From: Thermoplasmata archaeon
GTDB lineage: Archaea > Thermoplasmatota > Thermoplasmata > Lutacidiplasmatales > UBA184
Length of the DNA: 64,000 nucleotides
Direction: 5' to 3'
Assembly: GCA_035504395.1 (NCBI GenBank)
Contig: DATJRX010000005.1
Span: 3,334 to 67,333, forward strand
Shown: positions 47,445 to 55,678 of the stretch, one piece after another
How positions within the stretch are numbered: the stretch's first letter is position 1
Layout of the letters: each line of letters begins with the position of its first letter
Notes under the pieces: generated by a model
What the model was told of the DNA's origin: nothing
Seen by the model: the letters and a program-made list of their open reading frames with translations, nothing else
The model's database searches: none
Made by a program: the position numbers and the translations under genes

Positions 47445-48227
47445 TCAGCCGATGTAGCCCAGGTCCTCGCGGGCCGCCGGGCCCGGCGAGGTCGTGCCCT
47501 CGGAGTGCTGCTCGGCCTCGTGGATCTTCTGGGCGATGCGGTCGATCTCCTGGGCCTTGGCCTGGAGCGCCGCGAAGTCGATCGGAAGCTGGAGCGCCTG
47601 GGTCAGGACCTTGAGGACCGCTTCCGCGGCCCGGGGGTCGACGAAGTAGCCGCTCGTCTCGCCCATGAGGCAGACCCCCTCCATGCCGAACAGCCGGCCG
47701 AGCCCGAGGAAGAGGCCGCTCGCGCCGATGAGGCCGCCGCCCGGGTCGTTCCGCGAGAAGACGACGTTGAACTTCTTCATCGCCTCGACCTGGGCCGGCG
47801 CGGTGGCCGCGCCGAGGACCCGCGGGGCGTCGACGATCCGGCCCTGTGCGAACCCGGCGAGCGTGAAGACGGTGCGGACGCCGAGGCCGCGGCAGAAGTC
47901 GAGCACGCGCTCGGTGATCTCGTACTGGCCCTCGGGGCTGATCCCCTGGTAGTCGCCCCCCAGGATCAGGAGGTCGTGCTCGGCGGTCGCGGGCGCCCTC
48001 CAGTACGCGAGCTCGTTCGAGACCAGGCGGATGATGCCGGTCTCGGAGACGTACACCTGCGGCGGGAAGAACTTCGAGAAGATCGTGGCGAGCGGCTTCG
48101 CGGCGAGCTGGTCGCGGAGGTAGTCGGCGGCGAGCTTTCCGACGTTGCCGACGCCCGGCAGTCCCTCGATCAGGATCGGGTCGCGCAGCGCGACCTTCTC
48201 CAGCGGCCGGATGACGACGTCCTCCAC
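47445..48227 (-). CDS. Proteasome assembly chaperone family (PAC2) protein
   Basis: LIEGLPGVGNVGKLA, FPPQV, GASGLFLG, CLMGETSGY..DP. Confidence 0.92.
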   Translation of the reverse strand: MEDVVIRPLEKVALRDPILIEGLPGVGNVGKLAADYLRDQLAAKPLATIFSKFFPPQVYVSETGIIRLVSNELAYWRAPATAEHDLLILGGDYQGISPEGQYEITERVLDFCRGLGVRTVFTLAGFAQGRIVDAPRVLGAATAPAQVEAMKKFNVVFSRNDPGGGLIGASGLFLGLGRLFGMEGVCLMGETSGYFVDPRAAEAVLKVLTQALQLPIDFAALQAKAQEIDRIAQKIHEAEQHSEGTTSPGPAAREDLGYIG

Positions 48228-48290
48228 GGTGGCTCCTCCGTTCCGAGCGGACCGGCGAGGATAAAGCCTCGCTGGCGGCCGGGTAGGCCG

Positions 48291-49055
48291 CTATCCCGGG
48301 CTCCGCTCGCCCGGTCCGGTCGCCCAGCCGTTCTCCGCTACGTGGAGGCGGACGATCCGGCCGAGATCGGGGCGGTTCGCGACCTTCTGGATCTGCAGCT
48401 CGTGCTCGTAGCGCTCGCCTCGCGGCTCGCTCTTCAGCTCGAAGACGAGATCCGAGAGGTCGTGGAGGAGGCCGTACATCGCCCGGTCGTGGCCGATCGA
48501 GTGCGCGGTGAGCAGCGCCTGGCCGCCGATCGTGCGGCACCGGTGCCGGATCTGGCGGGCGACGGTCGTCACGTCGTGGGGCTCGAGGACCTCGAGGAAG
48601 AAGTCGACCGAGTCGAGCACCAGCCGGAACGGGTGGTCGATCTCGGCGAGGTCGCTCAGCATGCGGTTCGTGAGGCTGAACGATTTCGGCGGCGTCGCCT
48701 GGTTGCGCGCGACGACCAGCTCGTCGAGCGAGATCCCCTTCTCGCGCGCCCGGGCGATGTCGAGCCCGTGGACGAGCACGCGCTCGTAGTACTCGTCGGC
48801 GAGGTTCACCACCTTGATCTCGGACGGGTCCCAGCCGAAGTCGGTGAACGCCTTCGTGACGTCCTCGGTCCGCTCGAACGTCGTGTAGAACAGGACCGGG
48901 ACGCTGCCGACGCCGGCGTGCGCGAACTGCTTGGCGAGCAGCGGCGCCCCCGAGCCGGACGAGCCGGTGAGGAGCGCGAGCCATCCCGGAGGGAGCGCCG
49001 GCCACAGCGCGCCGTCGATCTCGGGCATCCCGAGGATGCGCTCGTCGTCCCCCAC
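48291..49055 (-). CDS. KaiC/RAD55-like protein with degenerate Walker A
   Basis: GMPEIDGAL..ALPPG, GSSGSGAP (no Lys), LVLDSV, LQIQK. Confidence 0.82.
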   Translation of the reverse strand: MGDDERILGMPEIDGALWPALPPGWLALLTGSSGSGAPLLAKQFAHAGVGSVPVLFYTTFERTEDVTKAFTDFGWDPSEIKVVNLADEYYERVLVHGLDIARAREKGISLDELVVARNQATPPKSFSLTNRMLSDLAEIDHPFRLVLDSVDFFLEVLEPHDVTTVARQIRHRCRTIGGQALLTAHSIGHDRAMYGLLHDLSDLVFELKSEPRGERYEHELQIQKVANRPDLGRIVRLHVAENGWATGPGERSPG

Positions 49056-49057
49056 GG

Positions 49058-49636
49058 CTAGCGGCCCCGCCCGACGTCGATCGTCTCGTCGACCAGGAGG
49101 TTCAGCATCTGCTCGATCCCCGTCGCCTCCTCGTCCGAGGTCTCGAGGACGACCGCGAGCACGTTGCGGCTCTTCAGGTTCGTCAGGAAGATGTGGAAGA
49201 ACTCGTTGAGGAGGTCGACCGGGTTGTGAATCGCGAGGGCGTTCACGCTGTCGATCACCACGATCGAGCGGGGGTGCGGGAACTTCCGCAGCAGGTAGTC
49301 GACCCGCAGCATGATCTCCTCGAGCGCCCGCGGGGTCTCGATGTACGTCGAGTTCGGGAGCGGGTTCGAGTAGTTCATCATGATGTGGCTGATCGCGTCG
49401 ACGAACGAGATCCGGTCCGCCGGCACGTCGAGCGCCTGCGCGAGCGACCAGACGAACGCGGCCGGGTTCGTCACGGTGACGTAGATCGTGTGCGCGTTGG
49501 TCTCGCTGCCGACGTCCCGCAACGTCGCGTTCAGGACCGCGAAGTAGTGGTCCGCGTACTCGCGGGGATCCAGCTTGAGCGCGACCGCGCTCCCGCCGGG
49601 CAACGACCGCAGCCGGTCCCCGATGTCCGCCGGCAT
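49058..49636 (-). CDS. Small inactivated KaiC/RecA-like domain protein
   Basis: IYVTVTNP, ISFVDAIS, IVVIDSVNAL, LVDETI; no P-loop. Confidence 0.75.
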   Translation of the reverse strand: MPADIGDRLRSLPGGSAVALKLDPREYADHYFAVLNATLRDVGSETNAHTIYVTVTNPAAFVWSLAQALDVPADRISFVDAISHIMMNYSNPLPNSTYIETPRALEEIMLRVDYLLRKFPHPRSIVVIDSVNALAIHNPVDLLNEFFHIFLTNLKSRNVLAVVLETSDEEATGIEQMLNLLVDETIDVGRGR

Positions 49637-49645
49637 CGAGCGACC

Positions 49646-50449
49646 CTACTCCTCCGGGTTCTGGCCCTTGAGGTGCGGCGCCATCAACATCCCGATCGGC
49701 GTCAGCTCGATGACGTACTGGGCCCGCGAGTGCGTCGTCCCGCGCATCTTCACGATCTGGAGCACGCGCAGGATGTCGCCCTGCCGCCGGGTGTTCCAGA
49801 GGAGGATCACGCCGTCGACGATCGCTTCCTCGACCCCGTGGAGCGAGTAGCGGCCGGCCTGCGGTCCGATCTCCGACACGAGGAGCGAGGTGCAGCCGAG
49901 CTCGGTCAGCGTCTGGCCGAGGCGGAGCATGAAGTCCCGGATCCGCTCGTCCCGACGGATCCGGTAGCAGACCGACGTCAGCGAGTCGAGGACGAGCCGC
50001 TTCACGCCGAGCGAGGCGACCAGGTCCCGGATCGTCCGGATCAGGATGTCGATCTCGTCGGCCGTGAGCTCCTCGTGCTCGAGGCCGAGCTTGTCGTAGA
50101 TCGCGGGGAGATCGACGAACACGAGCGAGCCGATGTCGATCAGGTCCCGCCGGAAGAACTCGAACGTCGAGAGGTTCTGGATCAGCTTCGCGGACGCCTC
50201 GGTCACGGAGAGGAAGAGCGAACGCTCCCCCCGTTCCGCGCCGCGGACCAGGAACTCGAGGCTCAGCGTCGTTTTCCCCGTCCCGACCGACCCGGCGACC
50301 AGGACCATGTTCCCGCGCGGGATCCCGCCGCCCAGCACGTTGTCGAGGCCCTCGATGCCGGTGGCGCAGCGCTCCAGCACCGCGGCCGGCGCGAGCAGCG
50401 GCCGGGGGGGACCGTCGGGCGGGGCGGCCGTCTCCGGCGGAGCCTCCAT
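49646..50449 (-). CDS. KaiC/RAD55-family ATPase, single domain, intact motifs
   Basis: TGIEGLDNVLGGGIPRG, GSVGTGKT, LVLDSL, GVEEAIVDGVI, KMRG. Confidence 0.92.
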   Translation of the reverse strand: MEAPPETAAPPDGPPRPLLAPAAVLERCATGIEGLDNVLGGGIPRGNMVLVAGSVGTGKTTLSLEFLVRGAERGERSLFLSVTEASAKLIQNLSTFEFFRRDLIDIGSLVFVDLPAIYDKLGLEHEELTADEIDILIRTIRDLVASLGVKRLVLDSLTSVCYRIRRDERIRDFMLRLGQTLTELGCTSLLVSEIGPQAGRYSLHGVEEAIVDGVILLWNTRRQGDILRVLQIVKMRGTTHSRAQYVIELTPIGMLMAPHLKGQNPEE

Positions 50450-50489
50450 CGAGAAAACGAGCGAGCCCGAGCCTAAGAGCGTATCGTTT

Positions 50490-52883
50490 CTATCCGCGGT
50501 CGGGACCGTCGTCCGACCGCCCCTCCGCCCCCGGCTCCGGGGGCCCGACGAGGCGCGCGGGATCGATCCACCAGCACGCGCCCCGCGCGTCGCGACCGGT
50601 CGAGAGGAGCGCCCCTTCACGGCGGAGCGCGTCGCCCGTCGCCCGCACCGCCGCGCCGGTCGGGTCGACCTCGTGGCGCAGCTCGGCCAGCGAGATCTTC
50701 AGCGGACGGTCCCGCGGAGCCGCGCGCGCGCGCTCCGCGAGGGCTCGCCGCACGCGATCCTCGGGCGCGTCCGCCGACGCGGCGGAGCCGGGGGCCAGGA
50801 CGCCAGGGTCGGCCGCCGCCGTCGCGCCGGGGGATGGGGCCGGAGCGGGGGGCCCACCCGCCGGAGCCGGTCGGCGGGCGGTGCGGAGTCGGAGGACCTC
50901 CTGTCCCTTCCCGAGCAGAACCACGGCCTCTCCGCGGGGCAACGACACGAGGGCTCCCGGCTCGGCCCCCCGGACCGAACGCGCGAGCTCGCGCGCCTCC
51001 CCGGGGGAACCCCGGAACGCGACGAAGTCCGCGACGTTCGTCCAGATCGCCTCGGCGACGCCCTCCGGCAGCGATCCGATCGACTGCGTGGCGAGCACGA
51101 CGTGCACGTTGCGACGGCGGGCGAGGCGCAGCATTTCGGCGAGGCTCTCGTGACCGAACCACTGCGCTTCGTCGAGCACGACCCAGGTCTTCGGGGTCCC
51201 GGGGCGTGCCAGCAGCTCGTTCCAGACCAGGGCGAGGTACACCGACATGAGGTAGCGCGCGGTCGACTCTCCGACGTCGCGCGCGTCTCCGGCGATCAGG
51301 ACGACCCGGCCCTCACCGACCAGGTCCTCGGCCCAGAGCTCAGGGGACCGCGCGCACAGCATGCGAACGAGCGTGGGGCTGCGGACCACCTCGTGGAGGA
51401 GGCGCCGGGCGCCATCGGCGTCCTCGGGACGGTGTCGGATGCGGTCGGCGAGCTCCCGAACGGCCTCCATCGCCTCGGGCGGCACTCCGCGAGTTCCGCG
51501 GCCCTCGGCGGCGAGCAGCGCGTGCGCGTCGACGAGCGTTCCGTCGGGCATCGCCGCCGCCGCCCGAAGGGCCCTCGTCAGCATCTCGTCGAGGCGGGGT
51601 CCCCAGAACGCCCCGCTGGAATACCGGCCTTCCCGCACGAGGCGCAGGGCGTGCACCAGGTCGTTGACCTGGCGCTCGGCCCGGCCTCCGTCCGCGGCGT
51701 CGCGGACCAACGAGCGGCCGAGCGCGTTCAGCCCCCCCACCGACCGAGTGTCGATCCAGGTCAGCCGGTCCCGCGCGGCCGGGGGGAGGTCGTCCCGCAC
51801 GGCCCGCGCGGTCTCCCCGAGCGGGTCGAGCAGCACCAGGCCTCCCCGGCTCGCGGCTCGCCGGGCGAGCACGACGAGCAGGGAACTCTTGCCCATCCCC
51901 GTCTCCCCCACGATCGCCAGGTGCCGACCCTGGTGAGGCTCGGAGGGAGCGCGCACGATCTGGCCGTCCGAGGTCCGCCCGAGCGGAAGGCCGTCGGCCT
52001 CGGAGAGGTCGGCGCCGAGTCCGGGGCATCGATCCGTGGGGAACGTCGCGAGCAGGTCGACCTCGGGAAGGGGGAACGCCGGACCTCGGCGGCCATGCCA
52101 GGGTCGGAATCGGGAGAACCGGAGCCCGTTCCCTTCGGCGGTCCGGGTGGCCGACTCCCAGGAGCGCGCGGAGGCCCGGAGCTCGAGCGGGGACCGCGCC
52201 GGGTCGGTGCGCCGAAGCCGAAGCCGGCTCTCCCACACCGGGCGCAGGTCCGGCGCCGGCTCGGGCCGGGCCATCGACGGGCGGGGGATCGGGCGGGTCC
52301 CGGGCGGCAGCGTTCGGTGATCGATCGAACCGACCGGTTCCGGTCTCGACGGGCTGGCCGCCAGCCGCGTCGGCCGGCTCGACCACGCGAGCTCGAGTCC
52401 CGGCGGCAGGAGCGACGCCTGCTGCACGACGGCGTCCATCAGCGCGACGACCCCGGCCGACCGGCCGATCAGCGGCTCGGGCCAGGCGCGGGCAGGGGTC
52501 GCGAACCACTCCCACGGACCCGGCGCATCCCGCTCACCTGACGGCGCCGGTTTCCACTGGCCGGGGGGATACACCGGCAGCAGCACCCGGATCCACCATC
52601 GGGCGGCCGCGGCGTCGCCGGGCCGGAAGGTGAGGCCGGCGGGTCGGCCGGACCGGATCCTCCACTCGAACGAGACCCCCGCCCCGTGCGCGGCCCGAAC
52701 GGCGAGCGCGAGCTCCCGCGGATACGGTTCGCGGTCCGACGGCCGGCGATCGTCCGAGGGCAGCGATCGGAACCGCCAGGCCGGGACCGATGTCGTGCGA
52801 GGACCGGTGTCCGGGTCCACGCCGCTCGCTGACGGCCGGCTCGAAGAATCCGTCGGGGTGGGCGGACGGTGAAGCGTGCCCAT
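50490..52883 (-). CDS. VirD4/TraD/HerA-like P-loop ATPase
   Basis: HLAIVGETGMGKS, LLDPLGE, FWGPRL, VVLDEAQ, ARRRNVHVVLATQ, LPRGEA. Confidence 0.85.
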   Translation of the reverse strand: MGTLHRPPTPTDSSSRPSASGVDPDTGPRTTSVPAWRFRSLPSDDRRPSDREPYPRELALAVRAAHGAGVSFEWRIRSGRPAGLTFRPGDAAAARWWIRVLLPVYPPGQWKPAPSGERDAPGPWEWFATPARAWPEPLIGRSAGVVALMDAVVQQASLLPPGLELAWSSRPTRLAASPSRPEPVGSIDHRTLPPGTRPIPRPSMARPEPAPDLRPVWESRLRLRRTDPARSPLELRASARSWESATRTAEGNGLRFSRFRPWHGRRGPAFPLPEVDLLATFPTDRCPGLGADLSEADGLPLGRTSDGQIVRAPSEPHQGRHLAIVGETGMGKSSLLVVLARRAASRGGLVLLDPLGETARAVRDDLPPAARDRLTWIDTRSVGGLNALGRSLVRDAADGGRAERQVNDLVHALRLVREGRYSSGAFWGPRLDEMLTRALRAAAAMPDGTLVDAHALLAAEGRGTRGVPPEAMEAVRELADRIRHRPEDADGARRLLHEVVRSPTLVRMLCARSPELWAEDLVGEGRVVLIAGDARDVGESTARYLMSVYLALVWNELLARPGTPKTWVVLDEAQWFGHESLAEMLRLARRRNVHVVLATQSIGSLPEGVAEAIWTNVADFVAFRGSPGEARELARSVRGAEPGALVSLPRGEAVVLLGKGQEVLRLRTARRPAPAGGPPAPAPSPGATAAADPGVLAPGSAASADAPEDRVRRALAERARAAPRDRPLKISLAELRHEVDPTGAAVRATGDALRREGALLSTGRDARGACWWIDPARLVGPPEPGAEGRSDDGPDRG

Positions 52884-52933
52884 CGCCACCCTCAAGTGGC
52901 CGCCCGCGTGGGACCGGCTTCGGGTCCGGTCGC

Positions 52934-54055
52934 ATGTCATCGCTCGAAGAGCAGATCACCGCGGTCGAGGACGAGATCCGGAACACCGCGTACAACAAGG
53001 CGACCAGCGGCCACATCGGGCGGCTCAAGGCGAAGCTCGCGGTGCTCCGCCTCGAGCGCGAGACCCGGGCGAAGGGGAAGGGCGGTGGGGTCGGCTACGG
53101 CGTCCGGAAGAGCGGCCACGCCACGGTCGGGCTCGTCGGGTACCCGTCGGTCGGAAAGTCGACGTTGCTCAACCGGTTGACCGCGGCGGAGAGCGAGACC
53201 GGGGCCTACGACTTCACGACGGTCTCGATCATTCCCGGGATGCTCCGCTGGGGCGGAGCCTCGATCCAGATCCTCGACATGCCCGGGCTCGTGCCGGGGG
53301 CGGCCAAGGGACGTGGTCGCGGGCGGGAGGTGCTGTCGGTCGTGCGCTCGGTCGACCTGATCCTGTTCATGATCGACCCGGAGCACACCAACCTGCGCGC
53401 CCTGGTCACGGAACTCGAGGGGGCCGGGGTCCGCATCAACGGGCGACCGCCCAAGATCGTCGTGACGAAGGCGGATCGGGGCGGGCTCACGATCTCGAGC
53501 ACCGTTCGGCTCACGCATCTCGCCGGCGGGCTCGCGAGCCAGATCGCCCGGGAGTTCGGGATGCACAACGGCTCGATCGTGTTCCGCGAGGACGCGACGG
53601 CCGACCAGCTCATCGACGTCCTCGCCGGGAATCGCGTCTACGTGCCGGCGTTGCTCTCGGTCAACAAGAGCGAGCTCCTGACGCCCGCCGACCGGGCGCG
53701 CATGGTGCTGGAGCAGCGACCCTTCGATCCGATCTTCGTCTCGGCGCGGGACCGGCTCGGCCTGGACGCGCTGGTCGACCGCATCGGCCACGCGCTGCGC
53801 TTCATCCGGGTGTACGTCAAGCCGCCCGGGCTGCCGCCCGACAAGGACGAGCCGGTGATCCTTCGGGAAGGGGACACGATCCAGTCGCTGCTCGGGCGGC
53901 TCCCCACGGACCTCGATCGGGGGTTCCGAACCGCGCTCGTGTGGGGGAAGAGCGCCCGATTCCCGGGTCAGACCGTCGGTCGGGAGCACGTCCTCGCGGA
54001 CGAGGACATCGTCACGATCATCATCGCGCGCGGGGCGGCCCGCGCAGCGGTCTAA
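52934..54055 (+). CDS. drg: DRG-family (OBG) GTPase with TGS domain
   Basis: YNKATSGHIG, GYPSVGKST, YDFTT, DMPG, NKSE, VWGKSARFPGQTVG. Confidence 0.94.
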   Translation: MSSLEEQITAVEDEIRNTAYNKATSGHIGRLKAKLAVLRLERETRAKGKGGGVGYGVRKSGHATVGLVGYPSVGKSTLLNRLTAAESETGAYDFTTVSIIPGMLRWGGASIQILDMPGLVPGAAKGRGRGREVLSVVRSVDLILFMIDPEHTNLRALVTELEGAGVRINGRPPKIVVTKADRGGLTISSTVRLTHLAGGLASQIAREFGMHNGSIVFREDATADQLIDVLAGNRVYVPALLSVNKSELLTPADRARMVLEQRPFDPIFVSARDRLGLDALVDRIGHALRFIRVYVKPPGLPPDKDEPVILREGDTIQSLLGRLPTDLDRGFRTALVWGKSARFPGQTVGREHVLADEDIVTIIIARGAARAAV

Positions 54056-54782
54056 CGCGGAGCGTCCCCCGCCCGCCGAACAGCTCCGCGCGGGCGAGGC
54101 CCCCGACGAGGTAGTGGCCCCGGTGGAACGGGTCAAGGCGAACCGAGGGCGCGAGGTCGACCCACGAACGGAGCGCCCGCTCGGCGTCCGCGAGGTGCTC
54201 GGACGCCTCCCGCCCGCGTCCCATGCTGGCCGTCTTGAGCGCGACCACGACCGAGGCCCCGGGACCGGCGAGGAACAGCTCCGCGTTCGCCCGGACGATC
54301 GCGACCTGATCCGGTTGGGCGATGTCCGCGTAGACCCCTCGAACCTCGGGGACGAACGGGGCGTACTCCCGGGGCACGCGCGCGTCCCCCAGGATCGGCA
54401 GGAGTCCGGGCCAGCGCTGCGCGAGGGCGAGCAACCGGGCGAACGATCGGGGACTGCGCTCCACCGCGTAGACCCGGCCCGAGGGAGCGATGAGGTCGGC
54501 CGCGTGGGACGCCGTCGTCCCCGTGGCCGCCCCGAGGTAGAGCCAGTCCTCCCCGCTCGCCGGGACCGGTCCCTTCCAGTCGTGGACGAGGGCGGCGGCG
54601 AGCTTGCTCCGCCCCGGCTCGAACGAGCGGTAGGTGCGATCCTCTCGGTGGATCCATCGCTCGCCGTAGACCGGTGGGAGGCTCCCGGCGGTCTCGGTGA
54701 CGAGCTCGATCCGCTCGGCGGAGGCGATCCGAGCGAGCCGGGGCGAGCGAGCGTCCGGGACAGGGCGACGACGCTCCCTCAT
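54021..54782 (-). CDS. flpA: Fibrillarin-like rRNA/tRNA 2'-O-methyltransferase
   Basis: RSKLAAA, LYLGAATGTT.SH, VYAVE, PILGDAR, DIAQPDQ, LDPFH. Confidence 0.9.
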   Translation of the reverse strand: MRERRRPVPDARSPRLARIASAERIELVTETAGSLPPVYGERWIHREDRTYRSFEPGRSKLAAALVHDWKGPVPASGEDWLYLGAATGTTASHAADLIAPSGRVYAVERSPRSFARLLALAQRWPGLLPILGDARVPREYAPFVPEVRGVYADIAQPDQVAIVRANAELFLAGPGASVVVALKTASMGRGREASEHLADAERALRSWVDLAPSVRLDPFHRGHYLVGGLARAELFGGRGTLRVRPLRGPPRAR

Positions 54783-55675
54783 CGGCCCTGCCGCCGGAGT
54801 TGTTCGATCCGTCGATCGCGACGAGCGACGAGCCGGCGGGCGAGATCGGCGTGGGTGAGCGCGTCGGCGCGCACCGCGATCGCGGCGATCGCGGCGAGGC
54901 TCCGGGCGTACGCGCCGCGGCGGTCCGCCGGCACATCGCCCATCCGGTCCGCGCGGTAGATCGCTCCGTACCGGGGTCCGCGCTCGGGGGAGGGTCGGCG
55001 ACGGCTGCCCAGGAGCTGGATCCTCGGAGCCCGCATCCGGGCGAGCGCCCCGACCCCGCCGGCCGCCGCGACCAGACGGGCGGCGACGGTGGGACCTACG
55101 ACCGCTCCGAGGTTCGGGACGACCTCACGGACCTGCTGCCGCATCCGCTCGACGAGCGCCGTGCGATGCCGCTCGAGAACGTTCCGTACCTCCGTCCAGG
55201 AACGGGCATACTCCTCCAGCGGCGAACCGGCCGGTGCGAGGAACGCCTCGGAGGCGCGCGCCTCGCGACCGACCGCGCGCTCGAGGCGCTCGTCCTCCCG
55301 CGCGAGCGAGATCAGGATCTCCTCGGGAGAGGCGAGGACCCGTTCGAGGGTCGCGGAGGCCACGGCGAGGAGGACGCGCCGCTCGGTCGCCGGATCCGGC
55401 GCGGGGAGCCGTCGGCGGGCCGCCCGCAGCTCGGCGATCGATGCGACCTCCACCCGGGCTCGCCCGAACGAGCGCGCGAGGGCCGCGCGCGTGGGGGTGT
55501 CCGCCCGAACCTCCGAATCCTCCGGAAGACTCCGGATCGCGCGCTCGAGCCCTACGGGGATCGCCTCGGCGTCGGTCGGGTCCCGGCGCGGGGGGATCGG
55601 GAATCGCTGCGGCGGGACGTCGCCCGCGAGCAGGTAGAGGTCCCCGAGACGTCCGACGACCAGGGCCGTCGCCAC
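54779..55675 (-). CDS. nop5: Nop5/Nop56-like box C/D sRNP protein, divergent
   Basis: PNLGAVVGPTVAARLVAAAGG, IQLLG, RGAYARSLAA..AIAVRAD; coupled to fibrillarin. Confidence 0.82.
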   Translation of the reverse strand: MATALVVGRLGDLYLLAGDVPPQRFPIPPRRDPTDAEAIPVGLERAIRSLPEDSEVRADTPTRAALARSFGRARVEVASIAELRAARRRLPAPDPATERRVLLAVASATLERVLASPEEILISLAREDERLERAVGREARASEAFLAPAGSPLEEYARSWTEVRNVLERHRTALVERMRQQVREVVPNLGAVVGPTVAARLVAAAGGVGALARMRAPRIQLLGSRRRPSPERGPRYGAIYRADRMGDVPADRRGAYARSLAAIAAIAVRADALTHADLARRLVARRDRRIEQLRRQGR

Positions 55676-55678
55676 ACC

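Noticed and set aside
46321..49005. 894-aa ORF that appears to fuse upstream sequence to MidA
   Set aside because: The upstream part overlaps PAC2 and the KaiC-like gene in other frames; MidA motifs begin only near 47400
48291..50449. Circadian clock interpretation of the KaiC-like genes
   Set aside because: Single-domain proteins, no KaiA or KaiB, no CII phosphosites
50490..52883. Integrated conjugative element around the VirD4-like ATPase
   Set aside because: No relaxase, VirB4, integrase, att repeats or composition shift; flanked by core genes
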